From an uncultured Bacilli bacterium (GTDB lineage: Bacteria > Bacillota_I > Bacilli_A > RF39 > UBA660): DNA of 64,000 nucleotides. The translations under genes were made by a program, and so were the position numbers. Where the stretch lies: positions 1,798 to 65,797 of the forward strand of contig CALVIX010000006.1 in NCBI GenBank assembly GCA_944331895.1. The letters run 5' to 3'. A model generated the notes under the pieces. It made no database searches and was not told the origin of the DNA. It saw only the letters and a program-made list of their open reading frames with translations. Positions 49,087 through 60,966 of the stretch are shown in pieces. How positions within the stretch are numbered: position 1 is the first letter of the stretch; each line of letters begins with the position of its first letter.

Positions 49087-50360
49087 TAATATCGTCTTCT
49101 TCCTCGGCTATAGTTTCTACTTACTAATTGACTTTCAATCTGCTTGTAGCTTTCAAGAGCTACTCCAACAACGATCAAAAGTCCCGTACCACCAATACTA
49201 ACACTGGTTGGCAAGCTAGAAACTGCTCCAAAAATAATTGGTAATGCTGCAATGATTGCTAAGCAAGTTGCACCCACTACCGTTATTCTATTTAATGTAC
49301 GAGTAATATATTTCACAGTTTCTTCCCCTGGACGAATTCCTGGAATATATCCTCCGTTCTTTTGCAAGTTTTCTGTCAATTCTTTTGGTTTCAATTGCAA
49401 GAATGTGTAGAAATAAGTAAATCCAAATATCAATACGATATAGATTACAAACCCTACAGGCGTATGCATTGATAACCATTTATTTACAAATAATGTAAAT
49501 CCTTCGTTCTTAATAAATTGTGCGATTAACGCTGGAATTGAAATCAACGCTCCTGCGAAGATAACAGGTATAACTCCAGCAGAATTCAATTTGAATGGAA
49601 TATAGTTTTGTGTACTTCCATAACTACTTGTCGTTTTATTCGCATATTGAATTGGGATACGACGTTCTGAACACTGTTCGTAAACAACAGCAATGATAAT
49701 TCCTAAGTATAATGCAACAAAGAGTGCAAACTTAACAATTCCTAAAGTCAATTGCTGTACTGTATCTCCTACTACTAACCCAGTATAGGCATCTACGAAC
49801 ATCGTCGGCATCGTGGCGATAATTCCAGCCATGATAATGAGTGAAATTCCATTTCCGATCCCTTTTGCAGTAATCTGATCTCCAATCCATAATAGAAGTG
49901 CAGTTCCTGCTGTTAACACAGTTGCAAATTCCATATACTGCATCACTGTTCCACCTTTAATAAAGGCAAATGAGAACATGTATCCTTGAATAAATGCCAA
50001 GATAATTCCAAACACTCTCGTAATTTGATTGATTTTAGTTCGACCTACTTGCCCTTCTTTTGCAAGATCAGCTAAGTAAGGCACTATATCCATTTGTAAT
50101 AATTGAATAATAATGGATGCGGTAATGTAAGGCATTACTCCTAGTGAGAAGATAGAAAATTTTTCCATCGCTCCTCCACCCATAGCATTAATCAATCCTA
50201 AGAACCCTAAATTATCAGTTCCTAATGCACTTTGGTCAATCCCTGGAACAATAATCGTTGTACCAAGTTTGAAAACAAAGAGTGCAACTAGTGTGAAAAG
50301 AATTCTTTTTTGCAAATCTTTATTCTTGGGATTAAATATTTGCTTAATATTTGCAAACAT
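49086..50360 (-). CDS. secY: preprotein translocase subunit SecY
   Basis: Ten-TM protein with GVMPYITASII and a conserved C-terminal region. Located between rplO and adk. Confidence 0.95.
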   Translation of the reverse strand: MFANIKQIFNPKNKDLQKRILFTLVALFVFKLGTTIIVPGIDQSALGTDNLGFLGLINAMGGGAMEKFSIFSLGVMPYITASIIIQLLQMDIVPYLADLAKEGQVGRTKINQITRVFGIILAFIQGYMFSFAFIKGGTVMQYMEFATVLTAGTALLLWIGDQITAKGIGNGISLIIMAGIIATMPTMFVDAYTGLVVGDTVQQLTLGIVKFALFVALYLGIIIAVVYEQCSERRIPIQYANKTTSSYGSTQNYIPFKLNSAGVIPVIFAGALISIPALIAQFIKNEGFTLFVNKWLSMHTPVGFVIYIVLIFGFTYFYTFLQLKPKELTENLQKNGGYIPGIRPGEETVKYITRTLNRITVVGATCLAIIAALPIIFGAVSSLPTSVSIGGTGLLIVVGVALESYKQIESQLVSRNYSRGRRRY

Positions 50361-50361
50361 T

Positions 50362-50808
50362 TTAAATCACCTCTGCTTTTCCACCTAATTTTTCTATTTG
50401 CTCTTTCGCAACAGTTGAAAACTTATGTGCTTTTACAGTTAACTTTTTCTCTAAAGTTCCATTTCCTAATACTTTAACACCATTTAATTGATTTTTTAAT
50501 AGTCCCATATCTTTTAATAATTCCGGAGTAATGACTGCTCCATCTTCAAATTTATTTAAGTCACTTAAGTTAATTACAGCATATTCAGTTTTAAATCTAG
50601 CGTTTGAAAAACCTCTTTTTGGTAAACGTCTATAAAGTGGGAATTGTCCTCCCTCGAACGTTGCCTTGATTTTTCCTTTACCGCTTCTTGCTTTTTGACC
50701 TTTTTGTCCTTTTCCACTTGTTTTACCAAGTCCACTACCAGGTCCGCGACCTACTCTTTTACGAGTAAATGTAGCACCTTCAGCTGGTTTCATAGTGTGT
50801 AATTTCAT
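50362..50808 (-). CDS. rplO: 50S ribosomal protein L15
   Basis: [30 protein letters not shown]. Confidence 0.95.
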   Translation of the reverse strand: MKLHTMKPAEGATFTRKRVGRGPGSGLGKTSGKGQKGQKARSGKGKIKATFEGGQFPLYRRLPKRGFSNARFKTEYAVINLSDLNKFEDGAVITPELLKDMGLLKNQLNGVKVLGNGTLEKKLTVKAHKFSTVAKEQIEKLGGKAEVI

Positions 50809-50809
50809 A

Positions 50810-51370
50810 TTATAAAATCTCCTCTACTTTTTTACCACGAAGTTTTGCAACTTCCTCTACTGTTTTTTGTGACTTAAGTGCTTCTAATGTGGCATATGCC
50901 ATGTTAATTTTTGTGTTAGACCCTAGTGATTTAGATAAGATATCTTTTACTCCAGCAAGTTCTAATACTGAACGAACAGGTCCACCAGCTTTTACTCCAG
51001 TACCTTTTAAAGCTGGTTTTAACATAACTTTACTAGCTCCTCTAACACCGATTGCTTCATGTGGGATTGTTCTTTGATCAACTAAAGATACTTCAACTAC
51101 ATTCTTAGTAGCAGCTTGAACGGCTTTCTTAATTGCATCAGGTACTTCGTTTGCTTTACCAGTACCAATACCAACTTTACCTTTTCTATCTCCTACTACA
51201 ACAGTAGCTGAAAAACGGAAACGACGACCACCTTTTGTTACTTTTGTAACACGACCGATGTTGACAACTTCTTCATCGTATAATTTAGGTTGTCTTTGTC
51301 TTGGTTGAAAATTTCTTCTTTTTTTCTTATCTGGTTGTGTTCCACGTGGGTCTTGTTTTTTATTTTCCAT
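50810..51370 (-). CDS. rpsE: 30S ribosomal protein S5 (with a basic N-terminal extension)
   Basis: [26 protein letters not shown] core. About 25 extra Lys/Arg/Gln-rich residues at the N-terminus. Confidence 0.94.
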   Translation of the reverse strand: MENKKQDPRGTQPDKKKRRNFQPRQRQPKLYDEEVVNIGRVTKVTKGGRRFRFSATVVVGDRKGKVGIGTGKANEVPDAIKKAVQAATKNVVEVSLVDQRTIPHEAIGVRGASKVMLKPALKGTGVKAGGPVRSVLELAGVKDILSKSLGSNTKINMAYATLEALKSQKTVEEVAKLRGKKVEEIL

Positions 51371-51383
51371 TGTTACCCTCCTT

Positions 51384-51746
51384 TTAGAATTCTAATCCAT
51401 TTGCACGTGCAGCTTCAGCTAATGCTTTTACACGTCCATGATATAAGTATCCACCTCTATCGAATACTACTTTTTTAATTTTTGCTTTTTTTGCTCTCTT
51501 GGCAATTAGTTCACCAACCTTAGTAGCAGCTTCAATGTTACTTCCATTTGCAAGTTTTAAATCCTTGTCAATAGATGAAGCACTTACTAAAGTTGTTCCC
51601 TTTGTATCGTCAATAATTTGAGCAAAAATATTTTGATTTGATCTAAACACATTTAATCTTGGAACTTCAGTTGTTCCAGATACTTTAGCACGAACACGTG
51701 CGTGTCTAGCTTTTCGTACTTCATTACGATCTACTTTCTTTATCAT
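51384..51746 (-). CDS. rplR: 50S ribosomal protein L18
   Basis: [12 protein letters not shown]...PRLNVFRSN...[16 protein letters not shown]. Confidence 0.95.
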   Translation of the reverse strand: MIKKVDRNEVRKARHARVRAKVSGTTEVPRLNVFRSNQNIFAQIIDDTKGTTLVSASSIDKDLKLANGSNIEAATKVGELIAKRAKKAKIKKVVFDRGGYLYHGRVKALAEAARANGLEF

Positions 51747-51771
51747 AAGTATTTACGCTCCTTTACTTTAA

Positions 51772-52302
51772 TTAAGCTGCTTTCTTTCCTTCTTTACGAC
51801 GAACTACTTCATCTTTGTAACGAATTCCTTTTCCTTTATAAGGTTCTGGTTGTCTTATCTTTCTAATGTTTGCAGCAAATTCTCCAACAAGACGTTTATC
51901 GATTCCTTTGATTGTCAATTCTGTATTGCTTGGTACGTCAATCGTAATTCCAGCAGGTACATCTACTTCCACTGGGTGAGAATATCCAGCAGTGACAACT
52001 AATTTATTTCCTTTCGCTTGGAAACGGTATCCTACTCCAAGGATCTCTAATCCTTTTTCAAATCCCTTTGTAACACCTTCTATCATATTGTTAATGTTAG
52101 CGTTTACAGTTCCATGAAAGTTTTTTACAGAATCGTTTTCTCTTGTTACTGTTAATTGATTTCCTTCGACAGTAACATGAATTCCTTTGTGTAGTTCAGT
52201 AGAAAGTTCTCCCTTAGGACCTTTTACTGTTACACTGTTTTCTGAAGTTGTTACTTCGACACCCTCAGGTATTGTTAATATTCTATTTCCAATACGACTC
52301 AT
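51772..52302 (-). CDS. rplF: 50S ribosomal protein L6
   Basis: [17 protein letters not shown]...GVGYRF. Confidence 0.95.
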   Translation of the reverse strand: MSRIGNRILTIPEGVEVTTSENSVTVKGPKGELSTELHKGIHVTVEGNQLTVTRENDSVKNFHGTVNANINNMIEGVTKGFEKGLEILGVGYRFQAKGNKLVVTAGYSHPVEVDVPAGITIDVPSNTELTIKGIDKRLVGEFAANIRKIRQPEPYKGKGIRYKDEVVRRKEGKKAA

Positions 52303-52321
52303 TGTAATCCTCCTAATCTTT

Positions 52322-52726
52322 CTACCAAATGTATGCTAATACTTCTCCACCAAGATTTTGTTTTCTAGCATCGCGATCAGTCATAACTCCTTTTGAAGTA
52401 GAAATGATAGCAATTCCTAGACCATTTAATACTCTTGGTACTTCGTCAGCTTTTACATATACACGTAATCCTGGTTTAGAAATTCTCTTTAATCCAGTAA
52501 TAACGCGTTCTTTCTTTTCTCCATATTTTAACTCTAAAATAATATCATTTTGAACACTATTTTCTTTGATTTTATAATCAGCGATGAATCCTTCATCTTT
52601 TAGTATTCTTGCAATTTCCATTTTTAAATTTGAAGCGGGTACTTCAACATTTGTATAACGCATTTGATTCGCATTACGAATTCTCGTAAGCATATCTGCG
52701 ATTGGGTCATTTGCAAATCCTCGCAT
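52322..52726 (-). CDS. rpsH: 30S ribosomal protein S8
   Basis: [13 protein letters not shown]...GGEVLAYIW. Confidence 0.95.
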   Translation of the reverse strand: MRGFANDPIADMLTRIRNANQMRYTNVEVPASNLKMEIARILKDEGFIADYKIKENSVQNDIILELKYGEKKERVITGLKRISKPGLRVYVKADEVPRVLNGLGIAIISTSKGVMTDRDARKQNLGGEVLAYIW

Positions 52727-52741
52727 ATTATCCTCCCTTCA

Positions 52742-52927
52742 TTACCAGCTTGATTTCTTAATTCCTGGTATTTGTCCTTTATAAGCTAGTTCTCTGAAAC
52801 AAATACGGCAAATTCCATATTTTTTCAAAACTGCGTGTGGTCTTCCACATCTTTGACAACGAGTATATTCACGTACTTTAAATTTCTGTGGTCTGCTCGC
52901 TTTCACTTTCATACTTGTTTTAGCCAT
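52742..52927 (-). CDS. rpsN: 30S ribosomal protein S14, type Z (zinc-binding, 61 aa)
   Basis: CQRCGRP...CRICFRE CxxC pairs in a 61-aa protein. Confidence 0.95.
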   Translation of the reverse strand: MAKTSMKVKASRPQKFKVREYTRCQRCGRPHAVLKKYGICRICFRELAYKGQIPGIKKSSW

Positions 52928-52947
52928 ATCAATTTTCCTCCTTGTTA

Positions 52948-53487
52948 TTATTTCTTAAATGGCATACCGAAACCTTTTAAGAGATCGTACGCTTCTTCGT
53001 TTGTCTTTGCTGTCGTAACAAACACAATATCCATTCCACGCACTTTAACAACGTTATCATATACTATTTCTGAGAAAATCAATTGTTCTGTTAGCCCTAG
53101 AGTATAGTTTCCTCTTCCATCAAATGATTTTGGTGAAACCCCTCTAAAGTCTCTTACACGAGGTAATGTAATACTAATTAGCTTATCTAAGAAGTTATAC
53201 ATATTGTCCCCTCTTAAAGTAACTTTACATCCAATTGCTTGACCTTGTCTTAATTTGAATCCAGCAATAGATTTTTTACTTTTTGTAACTACTGGTTTTT
53301 GTCCTGCAATCGCAGTCAAATCAGCAACAGCTGCATCTAACAACTTACTATTCGTAGTTGCATCTCCGACACCCATGTTAATTACAATTTTTTCAAGTTT
53401 TGGTACTTCCATAACATTTTTATAATTGTATTTTTCTCTTAAACTAGGTACGATTTCTTTATTATATCTTTCTTTTAGGCGGTTCAT
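52948..53487 (-). CDS. rplE: 50S ribosomal protein L5
   Basis: [14 protein letters not shown]...NMGVGDA... Confidence 0.95.
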   Translation of the reverse strand: MNRLKERYNKEIVPSLREKYNYKNVMEVPKLEKIVINMGVGDATTNSKLLDAAVADLTAIAGQKPVVTKSKKSIAGFKLRQGQAIGCKVTLRGDNMYNFLDKLISITLPRVRDFRGVSPKSFDGRGNYTLGLTEQLIFSEIVYDNVVKVRGMDIVFVTTAKTNEEAYDLLKGFGMPFKK

Positions 53488-53506
53488 TTATTTACCCTCC
53501 TTCCAA

Positions 53507-53815
53507 TTAGTCAAGAATTTCATTAGATTTTTTTGCACATCTAACTTTCTTGCCTTTTTTATCAGTAGTGTGTCCAATTCTGGTTCTTTTCTTAGTCTTA
53601 GGATCGATAATCATAACATTTGAAGCATGGATTGGAGCTTCCATTTCAACGATTGATCCAGCAGTTTGACCGTTTGGTTTTACGTGCTTTTTAATCATGT
53701 TTACTTTTTCAACTACAACTTTATTTTCTACTCTTAATGTCTTGATGATTTTTCCTTCTTTACCTTTGTCTTTACCAGCAATAACGACAACTTTATCTCC
53801 AGTCTTAAAGTTCAT
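53507..53815 (-). CDS. rplX: 50S ribosomal protein L24
   Basis: KTGDKVVVIAGKDKGKEGKI KOW motif. Confidence 0.95.
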   Translation of the reverse strand: MNFKTGDKVVVIAGKDKGKEGKIIKTLRVENKVVVEKVNMIKKHVKPNGQTAGSIVEMEAPIHASNVMIIDPKTKKRTRIGHTTDKKGKKVRCAKKSNEILD

Positions 53816-53838
53816 GTTTTTCCTCCTTATTTGGGAAA

Positions 53839-54207
53839 TTATAACACTTCTTTAGCAAGTGATACAATTTTCATAAAATCTTTGTCACGTAATTCGCGTG
53901 CCACTGGTCCAAATACACGAGTTCCGTATGGAGTTTTATCGTCTTTAATGATTACACAAGCGTTATCATCAAATTTAATATAACTTCCATCTTTTCTTCT
54001 TAGACCAAATTTACTTCTAACGATAACAGCCTTTACAACTTTACCTTTTCCAACTGTACCATTAGGAGTAGCTTTTTTTACAGTCCCAACGACTATATCT
54101 CCAATATTTCCTGTTTTCACTTTGCTTCCACCAAGTACTCGGATCACCATAAGTTCACGAGCACCAGAGTTATCAGCAACTTTCAACATTGTTTGTGGTT
54201 GAACCAT
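53839..54207 (-). CDS. rplN: 50S ribosomal protein L14
   Basis: [27 protein letters not shown]. Confidence 0.96.
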   Translation of the reverse strand: MVQPQTMLKVADNSGARELMVIRVLGGSKVKTGNIGDIVVGTVKKATPNGTVGKGKVVKAVIVRSKFGLRRKDGSYIKFDDNACVIIKDDKTPYGTRVFGPVARELRDKDFMKIVSLAKEVL

Positions 54208-54235
54208 TTTACTTTTCCTCCTTTGCGAGTCACAA

Positions 54236-54493
54236 TTATAAAATAATTGCTTTTTCTATTACTTCAACTAAGCGGAAACGTTTTTTCTTTGAAAGTGGTC
54301 TCGTTTCAACAATACGCACTTTGTCTCCTACTTTTGCTTCATTTTTCTCGTCGTGTGCAGTGTATTTCTTTGAATATTTTACACGTTTTCCATATAATGG
54401 ATCTTTACGGTAAGTTTCAACTAAAACAGTAATTGTTTTATCGTTTTTATCACTTACAACTCTACCAATTTCCTCATGTACTCTCTTTTCCAT
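54236..54493 (-). CDS. rpsQ: 30S ribosomal protein S17
   Basis: [17 protein letters not shown]. The start is set at the ATG preceded by TAAGGAGG. Confidence 0.94.
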   Translation of the reverse strand: MEKRVHEEIGRVVSDKNDKTITVLVETYRKDPLYGKRVKYSKKYTAHDEKNEAKVGDKVRIVETRPLSKKKRFRLVEVIEKAIIL

Positions 54494-54494
54494 G

Positions 54495-54698
54495 TTAGTC
54501 CTCCTTACCACTTAATTCACGTTCTCTTAAGATTGTTTTCATACGTGCTACTAATTTTCTAAGTTCTTTAATTCTTGATGGTTTTTCAAGATTTCCAGTA
54601 GCTTGGCTGAAACGTAAATTAAATAATTCTGCTTTGTATTCTTCAATTTTAGCATTGATCTCTTCAGTAGTTAATTCTCTAATTTCACTATTTTTCAT
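54495..54698 (-). CDS. rpmC: 50S ribosomal protein L29
   Basis: [30 protein letters not shown]. The start was trimmed to the conserved N-terminus (GGTGAGG RBS). Confidence 0.94.
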   Translation of the reverse strand: MKNSEIRELTTEEINAKIEEYKAELFNLRFSQATGNLEKPSRIKELRKLVARMKTILRERELSGKED

Positions 54699-55122
54699 TT
54701 GCCTCACCACTTTCTTCTTTCTTTACAAACTTACATTTGATTGGAAGTTTATGCATTGCTAAACGTAATGCTTCACGAGCTGTTTCCTCGCTCACTCCAT
54801 CAATTTCAAACATAATTTTTCCTTTTTTTACAACTGCAACCCAAACTTCAGGTGATCCTTTACCTTTACCTTGACGAGTTTCTAAAGGTTTCTTTGTTAA
54901 TGATAAGTGTGGGAAAATATTGATCCATACTTTTCCACCACGTTTCATATAACGAGTCATAGCAACACGAGCTGCCTCGATTTGATTTTGTGTAATCCAA
55001 GCACCTTCCATTGCCATAAGACCATATGATCCAAAATGTAATTCTGTATTACCTTTTGCTACACCTTCATATTTTAAACGGTGTGGTCTACGATATTTAG
55101 TTCTTTTTGGAATGACTGCCAT
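54688..55122 (-). CDS. rplP: 50S ribosomal protein L16
   Basis: [25 protein letters not shown] precedes it. The ORF-track N-extension was rejected. Confidence 0.94.
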   Translation of the reverse strand: MAVIPKRTKYRRPHRLKYEGVAKGNTELHFGSYGLMAMEGAWITQNQIEAARVAMTRYMKRGGKVWINIFPHLSLTKKPLETRQGKGKGSPEVWVAVVKKGKIMFEIDGVSEETAREALRLAMHKLPIKCKFVKKEESGEANEK

Positions 55123-55777
55123 CGTTCTTACCTCCCTTGTCTTTTTTCTCAGGAAGGATTTCTCCTTTATAAATCCATACTTTAACACCGATCTTACCAT
55201 ATGTAGTATCAGCTTCTTTATGAGCATAATCAACGTCAGCTCTTAAAGTATGAAGTGGAATCATACCTTCAGTATATCCTTCAGTACGAGCCATATCAGC
55301 TCCACCTAAACGTCCTGAAACTGAAGTCTTAATTCCTTTTGCTCCTGCTTTCATAGTGTTTCTAATTGCTCTTTTTTGTGCAATTCTGAATGAAACACGG
55401 TTTTCGATTTGATGTGCAATGTTTTCAGCAACAAGTGCAGCATCTAAATCAGGTTGTTTTACTTCCATAATTGAAATTTGAACATCTTCGTTTACTAACT
55501 TAGATAATTCTTTTTTAATTTTTTCAATTTCGTCTCCACCGTGACCAATAACAACACCAGGTTTTGCTGTGTTGATAATCACTTCAGTTTTCTTACTTGT
55601 TCTTTCAATAAGAATACTTGAAACTGCTGCGTCTTTTAATTTTTTCTCTAAAAATTTACGAATCTTAACGTCGTTATTTAAGAATTTAGCAAAATCCTTA
55701 TTTGATGCATACCAGTTAGATTCCCAGTTTTTGTTAATTCCGATTCTAAGTCCGATAGGACTAACTTTTTGACCCAT
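55097..55777 (-). CDS. rpsC: 30S ribosomal protein S3
   Basis: [20 protein letters not shown]. Confidence 0.96.
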   Translation of the reverse strand: MGQKVSPIGLRIGINKNWESNWYASNKDFAKFLNNDVKIRKFLEKKLKDAAVSSILIERTSKKTEVIINTAKPGVVIGHGGDEIEKIKKELSKLVNEDVQISIMEVKQPDLDAALVAENIAHQIENRVSFRIAQKRAIRNTMKAGAKGIKTSVSGRLGGADMARTEGYTEGMIPLHTLRADVDYAHKEADTTYGKIGVKVWIYKGEILPEKKDKGGKNDGSHSKKN

Positions 55778-55794
55778 CAGTTTACCTCCTTTTC

Positions 55795-56130
55795 TTAGTT
55801 TCTCTCACTTACAACAATTGTAATGTGACTTGTTCTTTTCTTGATTGGATCTACGTGTCCACGTGAACCAAATTTAATTCTTTTCATAGTTTGACCTTCG
55901 TTTACATATGCCTCTTTTACATATAATTTAGTCTTATCTAATTCTAAATTATTTTCGGCATTTGCAACAGCTGAAGTTAACACTTTAAGTGTATATCTTG
56001 CAGCATTTTTATTCATGTTACTTAAAATAACGCTTGCTTCTTCTACGCTTTTTCCACGTATTAAATCAACAACTAAACGGGCTTTACGAGGTGCAATTCT
56101 AACACCTTTTGCGATTGCTTTTGCTTCCAT
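55795..56130 (-). CDS. rplV: 50S ribosomal protein L22
   Basis: [18 protein letters not shown]. Confidence 0.95.
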   Translation of the reverse strand: MEAKAIAKGVRIAPRKARLVVDLIRGKSVEEASVILSNMNKNAARYTLKVLTSAVANAENNLELDKTKLYVKEAYVNEGQTMKRIKFGSRGHVDPIKKRTSHITIVVSERN

Positions 56131-56156
56131 TTTAGTCCTCCTTCCAGTTAATATGA

Positions 56157-56420
56157 TTACTTGTCAGATCCGTGTCCACCAAATTTACGAGTTAGGGCAA
56201 ATTCACCTAATTTATGTCCTACCATATCTTCTGTAACATAAACCGGAATGAATTCTTTACCATTATGAACAGCAAATGTGTGTCCGATAAATTCAGGATA
56301 AATTGTTGAACGGCGAGACCATGTTTTAATTACTTCTTTTTTTCCAGATTCATTTGCTTTTTTGACCTTGTTCATCAAATGTTCATCAACAAAAGGTCCT
56401 TTTTTCGTGCTTCTAGCCAT
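56157..56420 (-). CDS. rpsS: 30S ribosomal protein S19
   Basis: [15 protein letters not shown]...GHKLGEFA. Confidence 0.96.
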   Translation of the reverse strand: MARSTKKGPFVDEHLMNKVKKANESGKKEVIKTWSRRSTIYPEFIGHTFAVHNGKEFIPVYVTEDMVGHKLGEFALTRKFGGHGSDK

Positions 56421-56438
56421 TATATTTCATCCTTTCTT

Positions 56439-57272
56439 TTAGTTTTTCTTACGGCGACGAACAATTAACTTGTTTGAAGCTTTTTTCGTATCACGAGTTT
56501 TCATACCAAGAGCAGGTTTACCCCATGGAGTAACAGGCCCTTTGCGTCCGATTGGCGCACGCCCTTCTCCACCTCCGTGTGGGTGATCATTAGGGTTCAT
56601 AACAGAACCACGAACTGTTGGACGAATTCCCATATGTCTTTTACGACCAGCTTTACCGATGCTTACAAGTTCGTGATCTTCGTTTCCTACAACACCTACT
56701 GTAGCACGACAAACGCTTAATACTTTACGAACTTCACCACTAGCTAAACGTAGTAAAGTGTATTTTCCTTCACGTCCTAAGATTTGAACGCTTGATCCAG
56801 CTGAACGAGCCATTTGTCCTCCTTTACCAGGTTTCAACTCGACATTATGAACCATTGTTCCCTCAGGAATATTTTCAAGTGGTAAACAGTTACCAACTTT
56901 GATATCAGCATTCACACCACTTTCGATCTTCATGCCAACTTTTAACCCTTTTGGAGCGATAATATATCTCTTTTCTCCATCAGCGTATTTGATTAAAGCA
57001 ATGTTAGATGTTCTATTTGGATCGTACTCAATACTAGCAACAGTACCTTCGATACCATCTTTTGTTCTAGTAAAGTCAATAATACGATATTTTCTCTTAG
57101 CTCCACCACCACGGTGTCTTACCGTAATTTGACCTTTGTTATTACGTCCACCTTTTTTCTTTAAAGAAACAAGTAAGGACTTTTCAGGAGTAGTACTCGT
57201 GATTTCTTCATTTAACAATGTAGATTTACCACGTTGACCATTTGTCATTGCTTTATATGTTTTAATTGCCAT
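56439..57272 (-). CDS. rplB: 50S ribosomal protein L2
   Basis: [15 protein letters not shown]...[15 protein letters not shown]. Confidence 0.97.
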   Translation of the reverse strand: MAIKTYKAMTNGQRGKSTLLNEEITSTTPEKSLLVSLKKKGGRNNKGQITVRHRGGGAKRKYRIIDFTRTKDGIEGTVASIEYDPNRTSNIALIKYADGEKRYIIAPKGLKVGMKIESGVNADIKVGNCLPLENIPEGTMVHNVELKPGKGGQMARSAGSSVQILGREGKYTLLRLASGEVRKVLSVCRATVGVVGNEDHELVSIGKAGRKRHMGIRPTVRGSVMNPNDHPHGGGEGRAPIGRKGPVTPWGKPALGMKTRDTKKASNKLIVRRRKKN

Positions 57273-57296
57273 ATCAATTTTCCTCCTTTTAGATTA

Positions 57297-57578
57297 TTAG
57301 TTTAGTTCGATTGAACTTCCCTCTGCTAATTTAACAATTGCTTTTTTTACCTTATTTGTCTTTCCAGCATAACGTCCAATTCTTTTTTTCTTAGGTTTTA
57401 CGTTTACTGTATTTACGCTCTCAACTTTTACGTTGAAGATTTTTTCAATTGCTTGTTTAATTTGTGTCTTGTTTGCATTTACATCGACACTGAATGTAAT
57501 TGTATTTTGATTTTGTGCTAAATCAGCACTTTTTTCTGTAACAATTGGCGCTTTAATGATATCTCTATAGTTTGACAT
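57297..57578 (-). CDS. rplW: 50S ribosomal protein L23
   Basis: [12 protein letters not shown]...[17 protein letters not shown]. Confidence 0.95.
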   Translation of the reverse strand: MSNYRDIIKAPIVTEKSADLAQNQNTITFSVDVNANKTQIKQAIEKIFNVKVESVNTVNVKPKKKRIGRYAGKTNKVKKAIVKLAEGSSIELN

Positions 57579-58204
57579 TAGATTAGCACCTCCTCAATTT
57601 GTGCAACAGCAGCTTCTGTAACAACCATGTTATCTGCAGCAACGACATCTAATGTATTGATTTCTTTTGCTTCTTCTAACATAACGTTTGCTAAGTTACG
57701 TGTTGCTAAAATCATGTTATCATCTAATTTATCTACGACGATCAATGTCTTTTGATCTTTAATTTTCAAGTTGTTCATTACTTCGATTGCCGTCTTTGTC
57801 TTTCCATCTGCTAAGTTAAAGTTGTCTAATACGATTAACTCTTTATCAATTGTTTTATAAGCTAATGCAGATTTTAAAGCCAAACGACGTTCTTTACGAT
57901 TCATCTTTTTATCGTAGCTTCTTGGTTTTGGTCCAAATACGATACCTCCACCTGGCCATTGTGGTGAACGAGTTGATCCTTGACGAGCACGACCTGTACC
58001 CTTTTGTCTCCAAGGTTTTCTTCCTCCTCCACTTACTTCACTACGTGTTTTAGTACTTGCTGTACCTTGTCTTTGAGAGTTTCTTGTTAATGTAATTGCA
58101 TCGTATAAAACTGCATCGTTAGGAACGATCCCCCAAACGTTTTCGTTTAATTCGATCTTCTTAACTTCTTCACCCTTAATATTTAATACAGATTGTTTTT
58201 TCAT
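57578..58204 (-). CDS. rplD: 50S ribosomal protein L4
   Basis: [20 protein letters not shown]. Confidence 0.96.
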   Translation of the reverse strand: MKKQSVLNIKGEEVKKIELNENVWGIVPNDAVLYDAITLTRNSQRQGTASTKTRSEVSGGGRKPWRQKGTGRARQGSTRSPQWPGGGIVFGPKPRSYDKKMNRKERRLALKSALAYKTIDKELIVLDNFNLADGKTKTAIEVMNNLKIKDQKTLIVVDKLDDNMILATRNLANVMLEEAKEINTLDVVAADNMVVTEAAVAQIEEVLI

Positions 58205-58219
58205 CTATATTCCTCCCTA

Positions 58220-58975
58220 CTAATTTTCTTCTTTTTCAGTAGTTTCTTCTACTTCAGGTGTTTCTTCTGTTGCAGTATCATTTGATTCTTCAACAGCTGG
58301 TTCTTCAACTACGTAAGAAATTAATTCTTCCGTATCATTTACTTTACCAGGATTTTTTACAGCAGTTTTAATGATTACTAATGAATTCTTAGCTCCAGGA
58401 ACATTTCCCTTTACTAAAATTGCATTATTTTCTACATCGACAGAAACAATTTCAAGATTTTGAATTGTAACAGTTTCAACTCCCATATGTCCTGGTAATT
58501 TTTTACCTTTGAAAACACGCATTGGTCTCATAGTTCCCATTGAACCTGGTCCTCTATGATAGTGTGAACCATGTCCCATAGGCCCACGACTTTGATTGTG
58601 GCGTTTAATAACACCTTGGAACCCTTTACCTTTTGTAGTTCCAGTTACGTCAACCATTTCTCCTTCGGCGAAGATATCAACTTTGATTTCTTGACCTAAA
58701 GTATAGTTGTTTACATCTACGCCTCTAATTTCTCTAAAGAAGCGCTTAGGTGTAGTGTTAGCTTTATTGGTATGTCCAATAGAAGCTTTTGTCGCTAACT
58801 TTTCCCTCTTTGTATCAAATCCTAATTGAATTGCTTCGTAACCATCATTTTCCATTGTCTTAATTTGTGTTACCACATTTGGTTCAACAGAAATTACAGT
58901 AACAGGAATCAATTTTCCAGATTTTGTAAATACTTGAGTCATTCCAACTTTGCGACCTAAGATTCCTTTTTTCAT
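58220..58975 (-). CDS. rplC: 50S ribosomal protein L3 (with an acidic C-terminal tail)
   Basis: [16 protein letters not shown]... The last ~40 aa or so ([30 protein letters not shown]) are an unusual Glu/Thr-rich extension. Confidence 0.95.
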   Translation of the reverse strand: MKKGILGRKVGMTQVFTKSGKLIPVTVISVEPNVVTQIKTMENDGYEAIQLGFDTKREKLATKASIGHTNKANTTPKRFFREIRGVDVNNYTLGQEIKVDIFAEGEMVDVTGTTKGKGFQGVIKRHNQSRGPMGHGSHYHRGPGSMGTMRPMRVFKGKKLPGHMGVETVTIQNLEIVSVDVENNAILVKGNVPGAKNSLVIIKTAVKNPGKVNDTEELISYVVEEPAVEESNDTATEETPEVEETTEKEEN

Positions 58976-58994
58976 ATTTCTTTCCTCCTATAAA

Positions 58995-59303
58995 TTATAA
59001 CTTGATTTGGATATCCACACCACTTGGAATATCTAAACGAGTTAACGCATCGATAGTCTCCTTACTTGGGTTGTTGATATCAATAAGTCTTTTATGTGTT
59101 CTCTTTTCAAATTGCTCACGTGAATCTTTGTCCTTGTGAGGTGATCTTAAGATTGTGATTTTTTCAATCTCAGTTGGTAGTGGGATTGGTCCACACACTT
59201 CTCCTCCAGTTCTTTTCACTGTTTCAACAATTTTCGCACATGCAGTATCTAAACTCTTGTGTTCAAATGCTTTTAATTTGATACGAACTTTTGTCTTAGA
59301 CAT
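58995..59303 (-). CDS. rpsJ: 30S ribosomal protein S10
   Basis: [14 protein letters not shown]...[13 protein letters not shown]. Confidence 0.96.
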   Translation of the reverse strand: MSKTKVRIKLKAFEHKSLDTACAKIVETVKRTGGEVCGPIPLPTEIEKITILRSPHKDKDSREQFEKRTHKRLIDINNPSKETIDALTRLDIPSGVDIQIKL

Positions 59304-59434
59304 ATTGTATCCTCCTTTCGCCTATATCCAGTATAGACTTGCTCCGTGTAAAAACCTGAGTTAGTTTAAGTTATTTAACAACTTAACCTGGTGTCTCAGC
59401 AACCTCACACATCATCGCATGCCACACGAAATAA

Positions 59435-59463
59435 ATTATACATAATAATCCTATGAAAATCAA
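59435..59463 (-). promoter_or_regulatory. sigma-A-type promoter of the S10 operon (followed by a ~125-nt leader)
   Basis: Minus strand: TTGATT (59458-59463), a 17-nt spacer, then TATAAT (59435-59440). An AT-rich UP-like tract lies upstream. The leader contains the hairpin gttaagtt/aacttaac. Confidence 0.65.
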
Positions 59464-59584
59464 GGGGTTTTATGATATTTTTTTGTTTTTTCTTATTTTT
59501 TTACTTTTTTCGGAGAAATACTTTTATTTTTAAGGATATTTAAAATTTTTTATCATTTTTATAAAATCAAAAAAAGATGTATTT

Positions 59585-60637
59585 TCATTCATCTTTCGGC
59601 AATATTTCTTTAAATAGGCATTTATTTTTTATTTGCTTTTGAAAAAAATAGCTATTACAATGATTCGCGTGTGCAATCCATGAATTCCAGCAGGCATTCA
59701 CATGAGTATAAGAAAGTGTCCCATTTAAATAAGATAAATTCCATTTTTTTGCCTTTCTTTTTATTTTTTTGATACTATCTTTTTTTAATAAACGATGCGT
59801 TTCAAAAATACGATAACCACAAAATGTCACTCCCATAGCACTTGGATAATATCGACTTTTTGGATTTAAAGTCAACTTTAATTTTTCTTTTAGAAATGTT
59901 TCTATTTCAAATAATAGTTTTTTCGCATCTACTTTGGTTGGACATAGTATGATAAAGTCGTCCATATATCTAACATAATATCGAATTTGCTTGTTTTCCT
60001 TGATATAATGATCTAATTCGTTCAAATAGATATTTGCAAAAAATTGACTTGTATAATTTCCAATCGGTATTCCTATCTCGCTACAATCATCATAAATTAA
60101 ACACTTGGTAAATCTCAACAAGGCTTGATCACTAATATGCTTTTCCATAATACAATACAAAACATCTTTATCGATAGTATAGAAAAATTTACGTACATCA
60201 CATTTTAAAATATAATAATTTCCATAATGTCGCTTCATAATACGCATGTATTTTTGTAATTGATTTACCCCTTTATGAGTTCCTCTATCATCTAAACACG
60301 CATATGTTTGCAAAATAAACTTAGGCGCTATATATGGCTTTACAAATTCATGTACATACCACTGATGCACCACTCTATCTCGATACGGAAGCGCGCGAAT
60401 CAAACGTTCTTTCGGTTCATAAATCGTAAAATCATGATATTTCCCAATTCTATATTTATTTTCTCTAATATCCTTCACTAAGTTTGCTAAATTAGTTTCC
60501 AAATCTAGTTCAAACTTCATGACAGTAAGTTTTGAATTTTTCGCTTTTTTGGCTCGCTGATGTGCAAGGTACATACGTTCTACTGTCAACTTATCATAAA
60601 ATACATTTTTTATTGTTTTCGGCAAGATTTCATCCAA
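59585..60637 (-). CDS. diversity-generating retroelement reverse transcriptase
   Basis: RT motifs include the DGR-hallmark IGNYTSQ ([ILV]GxxxSQ) and YMDD (RYMDDFIIL). Size is 350 aa. It is directly coupled to the Avd-like ORF and sits next to a TR/VR pair. Confidence 0.9.
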   Translation of the reverse strand: MDEILPKTIKNVFYDKLTVERMYLAHQRAKKAKNSKLTVMKFELDLETNLANLVKDIRENKYRIGKYHDFTIYEPKERLIRALPYRDRVVHQWYVHEFVKPYIAPKFILQTYACLDDRGTHKGVNQLQKYMRIMKRHYGNYYILKCDVRKFFYTIDKDVLYCIMEKHISDQALLRFTKCLIYDDCSEIGIPIGNYTSQFFANIYLNELDHYIKENKQIRYYVRYMDDFIILCPTKVDAKKLLFEIETFLKEKLKLTLNPKSRYYPSAMGVTFCGYRIFETHRLLKKDSIKKIKRKAKKWNLSYLNGTLSYTHVNACWNSWIAHANHCNSYFFQKQIKNKCLFKEILPKDE

Positions 60638-60966
60638 CCACCCATCATATTAGAAATATCTAACATTTTACGACACCACGCGTCATAGTTTCTAGCATTA
60701 ATATATTGATTTTTATATGATAATCTTGCAAGCACTTTCATCATCTTCAATTTAACATCCAACTCATTTAAATATTTCAACTTTTCTATGCGATCGTAAG
60801 ATTTATAACAATATAAAATACACTCCATACCATCATAAGTCACTCGCTTTAGTTCAGTAACAAGTGCAAAACGTTCTGACTTAGGATATTTTTTAGTTAT
60901 CATGTTAATATAATACATTAAATCTAAATATTTTTGATATATTTGTAACTCTTCAATTTCTTTCAT
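60610..60966 (-). CDS. Avd-like accessory variability determinant (four-helix-bundle protein family)
   Basis: 118-aa helical basic protein (LQIYQKYLDLMYYI...PKSERFAL...) resembling the four-helix-bundle / 23S-IVS protein family used as the DGR Avd. It overlaps the RT start by 28 nt. Confidence 0.75.
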   Translation of the reverse strand: MKEIEELQIYQKYLDLMYYINMITKKYPKSERFALVTELKRVTYDGMECILYCYKSYDRIEKLKYLNELDVKLKMMKVLARLSYKNQYINARNYDAWCRKMLDISNMMGGWMKSCRKQ

